Part shown: positions 1 through 9,814 of the stretch, one piece after another | How positions within the stretch are numbered: the first letter of the stretch is position 1 | How the letters are laid out: each line of letters begins with the position of its first letter | Assembly: GCA_028700655.1 (NCBI GenBank) | Contig: JAQVSG010000005.1 | Span: 1,702 to 65,701, forward strand | Origin: Caldisericia bacterium | GTDB taxonomy: Bacteria; Caldisericota; Caldisericia; UBA6126 | Direction: 5' to 3' | DNA length: 64,000 nucleotides | Translations under genes and position numbers: made by a program | The notes under the pieces: generated by a model | Told to the model about the DNA's origin: nothing | The model's input: only the letters and a program-made list of their open reading frames with translations | Database searches by the model: none

Positions 1-92
1 CTTTACGATACGTAGCTGAAAATCTTGGTTTTGATGTTGGTTGGGATGGTGCTACACAGACTATTACATTAACCTACCCGTCTCCTAAATAA
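1..92 (+). CDS. 3' end of a CDS whose start lies upstream of the window; the C-terminus resembles a copper-amine-oxidase N-terminal-like (stalk) wall-protein domain
   Basis: Frame 3 reads LRYVAENLGFDVGWDGATQTITLTYPSPK then TAA at 90-92. The same domain type recurs inside the amidase at 27578. A terminator follows. Confidence 0.45.
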   Translation, partial: LRYVAENLGFDVGWDGATQTITLTYPSPK

Positions 93-127
93 AGATTCCT
101 GTCCCTACCTATTTTTCGGCAATAAAG

Positions 128-167
128 AAAAAGCCCCAAGAACTTCTTGGGGCTTTTTCTTTTTTTG
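128..167. terminator. Rho-independent terminator, probably bidirectional
   Basis: Perfect 9-bp stem gccccaaga/tcttggggc (133-141/145-153) with a 3-nt loop. It is flanked by an A-run upstream and a T-run downstream and sits between convergent genes. Confidence 0.6.
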
Positions 168-219
168 TTTCTGTGTTGATTGTATCAAATATCAAAAACA
201 CAGGGTTATGAAACTACAT

Positions 220-1389
220 TTAGGGACGATAGTTCCGAATGAACTCACGTACAAAATCTGTTCCGTGCCCTTCACTTTTAGTACCAAGATCTTTGACAGG
301 AGTATCAGCATCATCAGGAGAAGAGGCAAATTCCTCCATTAAAATTTCCAAAGGTACTCCATATCCAATTGATAACTCACGTAGTGTCATGAATCCTCGA
401 ATATCATCGACGTCATTCTTTAAAACTTGATTTTCATACGGAGTGGATGTATTCGGGAAAAACCATTTGAAGTGTCCAGTCATCGTAAATGCCCCTGCTA
501 CTAGCAGCATAAATATGATAGAAATAGCAGTAACTTTCATGGGTGTAGAAGTAAGTGTTCGTTTTTTTGTAGCTATCTCCAATGTATTTTCAACAGGACA
601 TGCATTTATACACTCATTGCACATAATGCATTCTGTATCGGTCACAAATTCAACCTGTGAGACCACAATATTCGCAGGACAGGCATGATCGCATTTTTTA
701 CAATCAATACAAGTCTCTGTATTTCGATGAATTCCATACATTCCTATAGGAGATAGCAAGCCCAGGAAAGCACCAAAAGGACACAGATATTTACAAAATA
801 TACGATCTACCCAAAGAGCTCCAACAATGCTAATAAGTAAAATTGCTAAACCGATCGGAAATTCAAACATTTCTTCCAAAGAAAACACATGAGCGTAAGC
901 CACCCAGGGATCAAAAGCACGAATCAACAGAATTCCTGTGGCCCATGTACCAACTACAAAACCGAAAAGAACAAGGTATTTCAATAACCGAAACACTCGA
1001 TCTGTTTTTGAAGATGTTGTGACTCTTTTTTTTATAGTTTTTCTACCAATAGAGCCTAACAATTCTTGCAAAGTACCCAAAGGACAGATTTGTCCACAAA
1101 AAGCTCTCTTGTATAGAAGAGTAATAAGAAGTACTGCAAAAAACAAGATAAAACTTCCTAACGCGAGACGTTGTAACATCGACCCTTGAAAAATCCATGA
1201 AAACAATCCTTCCAAACCACCCATAGGACAGAATGAGTCGATGGAGAGTGTTCGACCAACCAAATCTGGATATTGATGGAATATAGAAATTAGGGTCATT
1301 AAGAGTAAAACAAAGAGCAATACAATCCAGCGAAAAACAATACTACGCTTGTGCATTTTTGGATCCGATTTTTGTACCTTTACGCTCAT
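220..1389 (-). CDS. Membrane-bound polyferredoxin (NapH/NosR/YccM-like, COG0348-type 4Fe-4S binding protein)
   Basis: 389-aa ORF with SD aaggag upstream. It has several TM helices, CPMGG and FCGQICPLG motifs, and two ferredoxin motifs (CIDCKKCDHACP, CIMCNECINACP). A soluble C-terminal tail of about 90 aa has no recognised domain. Confidence 0.75.
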   Translation of the reverse strand: MSVKVQKSDPKMHKRSIVFRWIVLLFVLLLMTLISIFHQYPDLVGRTLSIDSFCPMGGLEGLFSWIFQGSMLQRLALGSFILFFAVLLITLLYKRAFCGQICPLGTLQELLGSIGRKTIKKRVTTSSKTDRVFRLLKYLVLFGFVVGTWATGILLIRAFDPWVAYAHVFSLEEMFEFPIGLAILLISIVGALWVDRIFCKYLCPFGAFLGLLSPIGMYGIHRNTETCIDCKKCDHACPANIVVSQVEFVTDTECIMCNECINACPVENTLEIATKKRTLTSTPMKVTAISIIFMLLVAGAFTMTGHFKWFFPNTSTPYENQVLKNDVDDIRGFMTLRELSIGYGVPLEILMEEFASSPDDADTPVKDLGTKSEGHGTDFVREFIRNYRP

Positions 1390-1493
1390 ACAAACTCCTT
1401 AAAATAGGGAAAACAAAGCCCGGTTGTCCTCTCAAATGTCCTTACAAAAGAATGGACAGAAAAGCAATGACTATACCAAAAGTAACAGAAAAC

Positions 1494-1739
1494 TTATTGA
1501 GGTCCATAATACAGCTGTTGACGATGCATCGGAAACACAAACGGTTTCAACGGAAAGTCACCAAGTGCTGCGTTTCGTTTACTCACGCCAATAACACACG
1601 TTGCTACTAACAAAGTTACGGCGACAATAAGAGCAATTTGCAAAAACCAATCCGATGATTTATATTGATCAAGTTTTATTTCATCGGTAGAAGAAGGTGA
1701 AGATTTTTGGATGTCCATTTTTCTTGCGTTGTTTTTCAT
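1494..1739 (-). CDS. Small single-pass membrane protein, hypothetical
   Basis: The internal ATG at 1739 is preceded by aaaggagag. It has one hydrophobic helix (WFLQIALIVAVTLLVATCVIGV). No family was recognised. Confidence 0.45.
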   Translation of the reverse strand: MKNNARKMDIQKSSPSSTDEIKLDQYKSSDWFLQIALIVAVTLLVATCVIGVSKRNAALGDFPLKPFVFPMHRQQLYYGPQ

Positions 1740-1860
1740 AGGCTCTCCTTTCATGAAAGGGGTGAACATGATATGTAGTATAACATCTTTTCCTCCTATC
1801 CTTTCATAAAAACCAAGAATTCATAAAATATAGGTATTCTATTTGGAAGTAGGTACGTTG

Positions 1861-3240
1861 ATGAAAAAAGAAATCTTTAGAGAATATGATATCCGAGGCA
1901 TTGTAGAAACCGACTTGACAGACCAAGATATAGAAAAACTGGCGGCTGGATTTGCCCATTTTTTTTCTGTACGAAACCAATCAACCGTTTTAATAGGTTT
2001 TGACAACAGACTTTCTTCAGAGCCCATAAAAAAACAGATTGTGAATATTTTGTTGGACAAAGGATTCCATGTAATTGATATTGGGTGTGTCATTACACCT
2101 ATATTCTACTTTACTGCTCGAGTTAAGGATATAGGGGCAGGGATCATGATTACAGCAAGTCATAATCCCGGTGAATACAATGGATTTAAAGTGTATTATG
2201 AGGACAGTACAATATATGGACAGGATATATTTGACATTTATAAGTGGATCCAGCAAAACGAAGATGGTTCCGATCCAGATATTCGAAACAAACCAAAAGG
2301 TACGTATGAAACCATAGACATGTTCCCTACTTACAAAGAATATCTCCGTAAAAACATCACTCTAGGGCCTAGAAAACTACGTATTGCACTAGACTGTGGC
2401 AACGGCACCGCTTCTCTTTTTGCCCAGACAATATTGGAGGAAGTTGGAGTGGAGGTCATTCCTTTGTATTGCAACTCCGATCCAACATTTCCAAATCATT
2501 TTCCAGATCCAGTTAAACTCGAGAACTGCAAAGACCTATCTGAAGTTGTTGTATCACAACATCTTGATGCAGGAATTGGACTTGACGGAGACGGTGACAG
2601 AGTTGGTTTGATCAGTGAACAAGGAAACCCCATTTGGGGCGACATGATAATGGTTTTATTGAGTCGTGAGATCCTACATAAACACCCTAGTTCAACAATC
2701 ATTTGTGAAGTAAAATGCTCACAACTTCTAGTAGACGACATCATTAAACACGGGGGCCATCCCATTGTATACAAAACGGGCCATTCTTTGATTAAGGCAA
2801 AAATGAAAGAAACCAATGCAATATGTGCAGGAGAAATGTCAGGTCACATTTTTTTAAAGGACGAATACTTCGGATTTGATGACGCAATCTATGCTACTTT
2901 ACGTATTCTTCGTATTCTATCCTTTACAGAAAAACCACTTTCTACTCTATTGTCCGATTTACCAATTATGCATTCCACACCCGAGATTCGCATTGAAGTA
3001 CCGGAAGAAATGAAGAACCAACTTGTTGAAAATGCAAAACAATATTTAAGCAATAAGTATAACTGCATCACAATCGATGGAGTAAGAGCAATCATTCAAG
3101 ATGGATGGGGTTTAATTCGAGCCTCCAACACAGGACCTATTTTAGTCATGAGAGCCGAGGCCAAAACAACAAAGACGCTATCATTTATCAAGGAAGAACT
3201 TGAAAAAGCTCTTCAGAATTTACAAGAAGGTGAAAAATGA
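1861..3240 (+). CDS. Phosphomannomutase/phosphoglucomutase (alpha-D-phosphohexomutase family)
   Basis: Phosphoserine loop TASHNPGEYNGFK, Mg site GLDGDGDR and sugar loop GEMSGH are present. The first ATG (MKKEIFREYDIRG) is preferred over the TTG at 1843. Confidence 0.88.
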   Translation: MKKEIFREYDIRGIVETDLTDQDIEKLAAGFAHFFSVRNQSTVLIGFDNRLSSEPIKKQIVNILLDKGFHVIDIGCVITPIFYFTARVKDIGAGIMITASHNPGEYNGFKVYYEDSTIYGQDIFDIYKWIQQNEDGSDPDIRNKPKGTYETIDMFPTYKEYLRKNITLGPRKLRIALDCGNGTASLFAQTILEEVGVEVIPLYCNSDPTFPNHFPDPVKLENCKDLSEVVVSQHLDAGIGLDGDGDRVGLISEQGNPIWGDMIMVLLSREILHKHPSSTIICEVKCSQLLVDDIIKHGGHPIVYKTGHSLIKAKMKETNAICAGEMSGHIFLKDEYFGFDDAIYATLRILRILSFTEKPLSTLLSDLPIMHSTPEIRIEVPEEMKNQLVENAKQYLSNKYNCITIDGVRAIIQDGWGLIRASNTGPILVMRAEAKTTKTLSFIKEELEKALQNLQEGEK

Positions 3241-4145
3241 AAAAGAATCGTTCCTCTTTCTCTATTCTACGCTGGATCCTTCTTTTACTTATCCTTGGTT
3301 TTGTTACAGCGAATGCTTATTTTCATCAACATCCCGAGATCCTTGGAAAAACTGCTTCGGTTTGTGCACTCTGTCCCACGGGAGCAATTGAGTCCTTTTT
3401 GTATTGGATTCGAACAGGTTATTTCATTCATCGAATAGCACTATCCAGCCTTATTCTTCTCTTAAGCATACTCGTAACATCGTTTCTTTTTCGCCGCTCC
3501 TTCTGTGGTCAATTTTGTCCTTTGGGTACACTACAAGAGCTTTTTAGCTCTATGGGAAATCAGATAAAGAGCATTGGAGTTTTACGAAAAAAAACAAAAA
3601 AGGATTCCTTTCGATGGACGAAATACATTGTTATAGCTGCTTTCATTGCAGTTCCATGGTTCACCTCAAGTTTGTTTTTCAGGTCCATTGATCCGTGGGT
3701 AGCATATGCTCACATCACAACGTTGGAGATTTTCGGTCTTTTTTTATGGGGTTTTCTTATTCTGCTTTTTTCTTTGCTTGGCTCGTTCATTTGGGATCGC
3801 TTCTTTTGCAAGTATCTTTGTCCTTTGGGAGGTTTTTTGAGTATTCTTTCCCCTTTAGGAATGTTTCGTATTGTTCGCAATACCACGCATTGCACCTCTT
3901 GTAACAAATGCAATGTAGTGTGCCCCATGAATATTGATGTCTGTCATTTAGATGAAATTACTGATTCTGAGTGTATTATGTGTTTTCAGTGCATAGATGC
4001 TTGTCCAAATGCAGAATGTCTAACCATTTCATCCAGAGCAGGAACGAAAATTTCTCCGTCTCTTGTAGCATTGCTCACATTCTTTATCATTATTGGCTTT
4101 GTAGTGATTACTACAATTACAGGTCATTTCCAATGGCTTAAGTAG
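3237..4145 (+). CDS. Membrane-bound polyferredoxin (NapH/NosR/YccM-like), paralog of 220-1389
   Basis: Its start overlaps the preceding stop codon (ATGA). It has the same architecture as 220-1389: CPTGA, FCGQFCPLG, FCKYLCPLG, CTSCNKCNVVCP and CIMCFQCIDACP. It lacks the long C-terminal tail. Confidence 0.75.
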   Translation: MKKNRSSFSILRWILLLLILGFVTANAYFHQHPEILGKTASVCALCPTGAIESFLYWIRTGYFIHRIALSSLILLLSILVTSFLFRRSFCGQFCPLGTLQELFSSMGNQIKSIGVLRKKTKKDSFRWTKYIVIAAFIAVPWFTSSLFFRSIDPWVAYAHITTLEIFGLFLWGFLILLFSLLGSFIWDRFFCKYLCPLGGFLSILSPLGMFRIVRNTTHCTSCNKCNVVCPMNIDVCHLDEITDSECIMCFQCIDACPNAECLTISSRAGTKISPSLVALLTFFIIIGFVVITTITGHFQWLK

Positions 4146-4206
4146 CTTCTATTGTCTCCTGGCATCCATTCCTGTATTTACTTTTATGGATAAAATCGTG
4201 CCATTT

Positions 4207-5142
4207 TTATGGTAAGGATCTATCCGACCTTTTTTTTAGGATATAGAAGTTTCGTTTCGTCTCTTTTTGGTGGCAGAACCCTTCAATTTGGTATGAATTG
4301 TTGAAGTAGTTCTGAAATATTTGCCGTGACTTTATTCTCCAGTCAATAGCCAAAGAAGGTACTTTTTCTTCCAAATGGATGAAGCTGACCGGAATTTCTA
4401 TGCGGATGTTCGGGGATTGGTAATCCCATCGAATCGATTCAATTTTTTGAAAGAAATGTTCACTGTAGTCAAGGCTATTCGTGTTAATATTTGAGGTATC
4501 TTGTATCCACACCGTTGAATTCATGATTGGTATTTGATCGACATCATCCCCTTCAGAAGTATTCGGATTCTCCATTCTTCTCTTCACTTCCTCAGAGAAT
4601 ATATCCCAACAAACTTCAAAACGGTCTTGTGGAAGAGCGGCTTGCATCGTATCTTCGATACGAGAGTCTAGAGTGTTAGAGAGTGTATACTGATCTGGCA
4701 AGTATTGAAGAATGCGTGCTCCGAGTTTACGAATATTGATGTTCGCATTTACACCCTTTAAAGGGTCATATGTCCAAACTATATATCGTATACCCATGGA
4801 TAACGCAAGAGAGTATTGTAGTTTTTTCACACAATACCCAAGATGTTTTTTTTGATAGGTTTTTAAAAAGCCCATAGAGTCAGCAAACAAATAAATACCC
4901 AAGGAAGAAGATATACATGGAAAGGCATAATTATATCCGACCAATCGGTTTCCATCAAAACAACCAAGAACAAGTCCTCCTCGGGAATTTACTAGCTTCA
5001 TATAGTAGGAAGGAATCAGACCCACTTTACGAAACTCTGGCAATCCTGCTTGAACATCATAAGCGGCATCGAATTCTTCCTGCAAATGCAATCGACGTAT
5101 CGTTATCTGAGTAGAGGGTATCTGGAGAATTGGTTCTTTCAT
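4207..5142 (-). CDS. Predicted GNAT-superfamily acyltransferase (COG3375-like), function unknown
   Basis: The segment KKLQYSLALSMGIRYIVWTYDPLKGVNANINIRKLGA matches my remembered pattern LK..QR..AL..G...WTFDPL...NA.N..KLGA for this uncharacterised GNAT-like family. Confidence 0.6.
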   Translation of the reverse strand: MKEPILQIPSTQITIRRLHLQEEFDAAYDVQAGLPEFRKVGLIPSYYMKLVNSRGGLVLGCFDGNRLVGYNYAFPCISSSLGIYLFADSMGFLKTYQKKHLGYCVKKLQYSLALSMGIRYIVWTYDPLKGVNANINIRKLGARILQYLPDQYTLSNTLDSRIEDTMQAALPQDRFEVCWDIFSEEVKRRMENPNTSEGDDVDQIPIMNSTVWIQDTSNINTNSLDYSEHFFQKIESIRWDYQSPNIRIEIPVSFIHLEEKVPSLAIDWRIKSRQIFQNYFNNSYQIEGFCHQKETKRNFYILKKRSDRSLP

Positions 5143-5171
5143 GAGAATAGTATACTCATTTGAGAAAAAAG

Positions 5172-5211
5172 AAAAAAGCGTATCCTGCGAAAAATGCAGG
5201 ATACGCTTTTT
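5172..5211 (-). terminator. Rho-independent terminator downstream of htrA
   Basis: 11-bp stem gcgtatcctgc/gcaggatacgc (5178-5188/5196-5206) flanked by A and T runs. Confidence 0.6.
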
Positions 5212-5232
5212 GAATCTAGGGAAATAGATGTA

Positions 5233-6504
5233 CTATTTCTTGAGTTCTTCTAAGATAGTTTTTATCTTCATTTCTTTACCATCCCGATTAATGAATAGTT
5301 CTACTTCATCACCAGGATCTTTTGATCGAACATAGGTAATTAGTTCTTGCGGCGAATGAAACATCCTATCGTCCATACCCAGAATAACGTCCTGCTTTAA
5401 AATACCTGCTTTTCTAGCATTGCCTGCAGGGACTTCTACAACAACTACACCCGTATTTACACTGAGCTTAAGTGAAGCGGCAATTTCGTCCGTATTCTCT
5501 GTTATAACAACACCCAGAGATGCCCATGATACGGTCCCATATTTTCTCAAGTCCTCAATCACTTTCGTAACGGTGTTGGAGTCAATAGCAAAACCCAAAC
5601 CTTGCCCTTGTGCATCAATGAGAAAATTCACACCGATCACTTTTCCTTCCATGTCAACCAAAGGACCACCACTATTTCCAGGGTTGATAGCAGCATCCGT
5701 TTGGACAACACCCACCATGGGAATATTGGCAGTAGGAGTATTGGACTGTTGAGGAATATTAAAATCAAAATAGTCCTCAAAGCCATCAAAAGGAGTACCC
5801 TCAAATGGATTAGAGGAGGGAGGAGGTGTGCTTGTTTCAGGAAGGCTCAATTCTCTTTGTATAGCGGATACTACGCCCTTGGTGACAGTATATTCATAGC
5901 CGTATGGATTCCCAATCGCAATAACAGTTTCACCAACTCGAACTTGTTCCGATTTTTCAAATTCCAGGAAGGGAAGACCTGAAGCCTCTATTTGAATCAA
6001 TGCTATATCCGATATTGAATCAGTACCAATTAATTGAGCTTCGTATTTTTCGCCATTTTTTCTTTCAACAAGAATTTTTTGCGAACCATCTACTACGTGA
6101 TTGTTTGTAACAATATATCCATCTTCACTAACAATGAACCCAGAACCAGATCCAGTTTTTTGCCATCCATAGCGCGACTGCGTCATGACATCAATTTTCA
6201 CGACAGATTGACTAACGGAAGCAGCAACATTTACAATAGGGTCCTGAGAAAGAACCATACCATCTGTAGAATCTGTAGGATAAGAAGATCCGTTGTTTTG
6301 CTGAGAAGCATCTAATTGAACAGTTTTAATAGGACTTTCTGGGAGTATAGAAGGATTACTGGCAATCCAGTAAATCGATAAAAAACTACCTATCATTCCA
6401 CCAATAATGAAAAGAATGATTCCTACTATAATACCACCTATTCGACTTTTTGAGACTAAAGTTTTTCGTTGATCATCATATCGTGTTTGTACATTTTCAG
6501 ACAT
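5233..6504 (-). CDS. htrA: HtrA/DegP-family serine protease with PDZ domain
   Basis: Triad contexts TNNHVV, SDIALIQI and GNSGGPLV are present. It has an N-terminal TM anchor, a C-terminal PDZ-like region, and SD aaggagg upstream. Confidence 0.88.
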   Translation of the reverse strand: MSENVQTRYDDQRKTLVSKSRIGGIIVGIILFIIGGMIGSFLSIYWIASNPSILPESPIKTVQLDASQQNNGSSYPTDSTDGMVLSQDPIVNVAASVSQSVVKIDVMTQSRYGWQKTGSGSGFIVSEDGYIVTNNHVVDGSQKILVERKNGEKYEAQLIGTDSISDIALIQIEASGLPFLEFEKSEQVRVGETVIAIGNPYGYEYTVTKGVVSAIQRELSLPETSTPPPSSNPFEGTPFDGFEDYFDFNIPQQSNTPTANIPMVGVVQTDAAINPGNSGGPLVDMEGKVIGVNFLIDAQGQGLGFAIDSNTVTKVIEDLRKYGTVSWASLGVVITENTDEIAASLKLSVNTGVVVVEVPAGNARKAGILKQDVILGMDDRMFHSPQELITYVRSKDPGDEVELFINRDGKEMKIKTILEELKK

Positions 6505-6724
6505 GATATCCTCCTTAAAAATCAGGTTGCATATCTATACTATATATGCCCATTATCCAAGAAAGTTACAGAATTCAACAACAGAACGATGAAAAAATCT
6601 ATTCTCGTAATAGAAGAATAAAATGGGCATCTCTTCACAACCCTTTCATGAAATATTCCAAAAAAGGTAACAGAATACAAGGTACACTTTTCAAGAATCT
6701 ATTATTTTTCCATATACTGTTTAT

Positions 6725-7735
6725 ATGAACGTTTTTTGGAATCAATTCACAAGTGAAAATGATATAGAAAGAATCACTTTCTTGTTGCACAAGCAATTAG
6801 AAGGGGATCGCCAAACATCTCGTTTGTTTGGCAAAAGAGTAGGACTCCTTATAAATCTTGGGTCTTTACCTTCTGAACTGAGTTTCCACCCCATCGATAT
6901 TCTTTTAAAACTCCTTTCTGACTATTTTGCACAATCGAATCTCTTCCTACTCTCCGATCTCTATTCTCCCAGTTTTGACAAACGTTTCAAAGCAACCATT
7001 CCCGATACTCGATATATGCAACAGGAGCATTTTCAAATCGTACCAAAAAAACGCGCTCCTTTACAAATCAGCTTTTTTGGAGGTGTAAAAAAATCTTCCT
7101 ATTTAAGCGAACGATACATATCAAAGAGCCTCGCAGAGGCAGATTATCTACTCTCCATAACCTGTCTCAGTGAAGACCCCATTTTTACACTCCATGGATC
7201 CACTTCCTCCTATTTTTGGATGTTACCCTCGTATACTAAAAACGAAGTTTTGATACAAGAAAACTTACAACAGCGTTGTTTAAGTCTTCTTGAAGCGATG
7301 ACTCCGATGCTTTCAAAAAGCCATTGTTCAATCAACATACACAGTTCACAAGCTACATCCTTTATGGTTCTTTCTCAAAATACTATCTCCGCCGATGCCG
7401 TGTCATGTTTATTGTGTGGATTACCTCCTGCTAAAAACAAGTTGCTAGGTATTGCTGATAAAAAAGGGTTTGGGAATTCTGTCATATCCCATATGACAAT
7501 TTATGGAGATCCCATCAAAAAACCCATGGTGGAATTCAAGGCCATTGGAGAAACGTATTCAATAGGAATCCACAAAGATCAGTGCAATCTTTGCGAAGAT
7601 TGCACTGATCTTTGTCCACTGCATGCAATGTATATTTCTAATCAACATCTGTTTTGGGACACAGAAAAATGCAATCGTTGCGGATACTGCCTTTCGATAT
7701 GTCCCCAATCAGCTCTTTTTAAGAGGAGGAAATGA
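6725..7735 (+). CDS. DUF362-like protein with C-terminal 2x[4Fe-4S] ferredoxin domain
   Basis: C-terminal motifs CNLCEDCTDLCP and CNRCGYCLSICP are present. The N-terminal two thirds loosely fit my memory of DUF362. Its stop overlaps the buk start (ATGATG). Confidence 0.6.
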   Translation: MNVFWNQFTSENDIERITFLLHKQLEGDRQTSRLFGKRVGLLINLGSLPSELSFHPIDILLKLLSDYFAQSNLFLLSDLYSPSFDKRFKATIPDTRYMQQEHFQIVPKKRAPLQISFFGGVKKSSYLSERYISKSLAEADYLLSITCLSEDPIFTLHGSTSSYFWMLPSYTKNEVLIQENLQQRCLSLLEAMTPMLSKSHCSINIHSSQATSFMVLSQNTISADAVSCLLCGLPPAKNKLLGIADKKGFGNSVISHMTIYGDPIKKPMVEFKAIGETYSIGIHKDQCNLCEDCTDLCPLHAMYISNQHLFWDTEKCNRCGYCLSICPQSALFKRRK

Positions 7736-8814
7736 TGTCAAAAAAAATTCTTGTAATCAATCCTGGTTCCACTTCCACAAAAATTTCTCTTTATCATGAT
7801 TCCAGAGAAATTTATTACCAAGAAATCACCCATCCAAAGAAAGAACTCGATGCTTTCAAAACCGTGTATGATCAAGAAAGTTTCCGAGAAACTGCTATAC
7901 TAACAGCTTTATCCACAGAAAACCATGATATTCATAACCTTTCTGCTGTGGTTGGTAGGGGTGGTATGTTAGGTCCCATGAAAGCAGGAACATACAGGGT
8001 CAACAATGAAATGATTGCCACCGTTCAGAAGGTTCAGTTTGGTCAGCATGCCTCCAATTTAGGATGCGTTTTGGCTTTAAAAATAGCCAATTCGTTGGGT
8101 ATTCCCTCGTATGTTGTAGATCCAGTTTCCGTAGACGAGTTTCAACAAGAATCCTACATGACAGGTATAAAAGGTCTATTTCATAGATCGTTAGACCATC
8201 CCTTAAATTGCCGTGCAACAATGAGACATTACTGTGAAGAAAATGGGAAAGAATTTGAGAACACTTCATGCATTGTTGTTCACCTCGGAGGCGGAATCTC
8301 CGTATCGTGTATTAAAAAGGGTCGCATTATCGACGTGAACAATGCCATGGAATCCGGTCCTTTTTCTGCAAATCGGGCAGGAACGTTACCTGCTATTGAT
8401 GTTGTAAACATGTGCTATAGCGGAGAGTACGACAAAAAGGAAGTCTATAAAAAATTGGTAAAAGAAGCAGGACTCATCTCTTATCTAGGCACAAACGACC
8501 TGCGTGACGTTCTCGCCTTACGAGCTAAAAATGATCCCAAAGCACATCTGATTTTTGACGCTTTGGTATATCAAATTGCAAAAGAGATTGGCGCAATGGC
8601 AGCAGCTATGGCTATTCGCCCAGATGCCATTCTCATTACAGGTGGAATGGCCCATAGCGTGGATATGATTCAAAACCTTAGAGACTATGTATCCTTCATT
8701 GCCCCCGTTCATGTTTATCCTGGGAGCGATGAAATGAAAGCTCTTGCTGAAGGAGTTCTTCGTGTTCTTCAGAACGAAGAACACGAACTTTCGTATCCGC
8801 CCATTCAGTCTTAA
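7732..8814 (+). CDS. buk: Butyrate (short/branched-chain acyl) kinase, copy 1
   Basis: ILVINPGSTSTKISLY N-terminus, HLGGGISV and TGGMAHS are present. At 360 aa it has the typical size for Buk. Confidence 0.9.
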   Translation: MMSKKILVINPGSTSTKISLYHDSREIYYQEITHPKKELDAFKTVYDQESFRETAILTALSTENHDIHNLSAVVGRGGMLGPMKAGTYRVNNEMIATVQKVQFGQHASNLGCVLALKIANSLGIPSYVVDPVSVDEFQQESYMTGIKGLFHRSLDHPLNCRATMRHYCEENGKEFENTSCIVVHLGGGISVSCIKKGRIIDVNNAMESGPFSANRAGTLPAIDVVNMCYSGEYDKKEVYKKLVKEAGLISYLGTNDLRDVLALRAKNDPKAHLIFDALVYQIAKEIGAMAAAMAIRPDAILITGGMAHSVDMIQNLRDYVSFIAPVHVYPGSDEMKALAEGVLRVLQNEEHELSYPPIQS

Positions 8815-8853
8815 TTACTCGCAAAATATTACTTTCGTTTTTAGGAGGGATCA

Positions 8854-9768
8854 ATGATTCATAATTTTGAAGAAGCAAAAACTCGCGCGATGAAACTTAA
8901 GCCCGAAAAGATGGTAGTAGTTTCAGCAGGGGACCATGCTGTTTTAGAAGCAGTCTTTCAAGCAACCAAAGATGGGTTCATCCAGCCCATTCTAATTGAC
9001 ACACCAGAAGCAATTCAAAAAGCATCCGAAGGACATTTCCCACTGGATGAAGTTGAAATTATACCCATTCAATCCAAAATCGAACAGTGTCAAAAAGGGC
9101 TTGAATTGGTTAACAATGGTACCGCTGACATATTAATGAAAGGCCTTATTCCGACCCCCATTTTATTCAAAGAAATTTTAAACAAAGAGTATGGAATTCG
9201 AAAAGGAAAAATCCTTTCTCACGTAGGAGTCATAAAAAGCTCAGTTTATCACAAAATGATACTTATGACCGATGGAGGAATCTGTATTGCTCCTACACTG
9301 GAAGAAAAAATAGAGATTTTAAAAAACGCGCTGGAAGTCTCCAAAGGGTTGGGAATTGAATGTCCCAAAGTAGCTGCCATTTCCGCCGTTGAAACAGTGT
9401 CGTTGAAAATGCAATCCACCATCGATGCCTCTATATTAACCGTCATGAATCGAAGAAAACAAATCCCTGGATGTGTCATTGAAGGACCTTTGGCAATCGA
9501 TAATGCCGTCTCTGCAGAAGCAGCTGAACATAAAGGGATTCATTCTGAAATCTGTGGAGATGTGGATATCACTCTTATGCCTAATATTGAATCTGGAAAT
9601 ATATTCTACAAGGTTTTGGTCTATTTAGGGGGCGGTAAAACTGAATCTGCTGGTGTAACAGTGGGTGCAAAAGTACCTATCGTTGTTCCCTCTAGAGCGG
9701 ATACACCCGAAAATAAGTACAATGCCATTCTGATTGCTGCTCTTATGAGCGCTGCAAAAAAAGAATGA
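8854..9768 (+). CDS. ptb: Phosphate butyryltransferase (phosphate acyltransferase family)
   Basis: About 300 aa of the Pta/Ptb catalytic-domain type (ADILMKG, LMTDGG, PSRADT), positioned between two buk genes, with SD aggaggg upstream. Confidence 0.85.
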   Translation: MIHNFEEAKTRAMKLKPEKMVVVSAGDHAVLEAVFQATKDGFIQPILIDTPEAIQKASEGHFPLDEVEIIPIQSKIEQCQKGLELVNNGTADILMKGLIPTPILFKEILNKEYGIRKGKILSHVGVIKSSVYHKMILMTDGGICIAPTLEEKIEILKNALEVSKGLGIECPKVAAISAVETVSLKMQSTIDASILTVMNRRKQIPGCVIEGPLAIDNAVSAEAAEHKGIHSEICGDVDITLMPNIESGNIFYKVLVYLGGGKTESAGVTVGAKVPIVVPSRADTPENKYNAILIAALMSAAKKE

Positions 9769-9814
9769 ACACTCAAAAAAATCATTATTTTGACCAGAAG
9801 AAAGAGGACCCAGA

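Noticed and set aside
1843-1860. N-terminal extensions from TTG/GTG or far-upstream starts in the ORF track (1843, 10848, 15731, 16414, 18856, 19542, 27114, 34719, 37570, 37880, 39301, 48776, 61478)
   Set aside because: In each case an internal ATG or GTG has a better SD and spacing, a family-typical N-terminus, or removes an overlap with the upstream gene.
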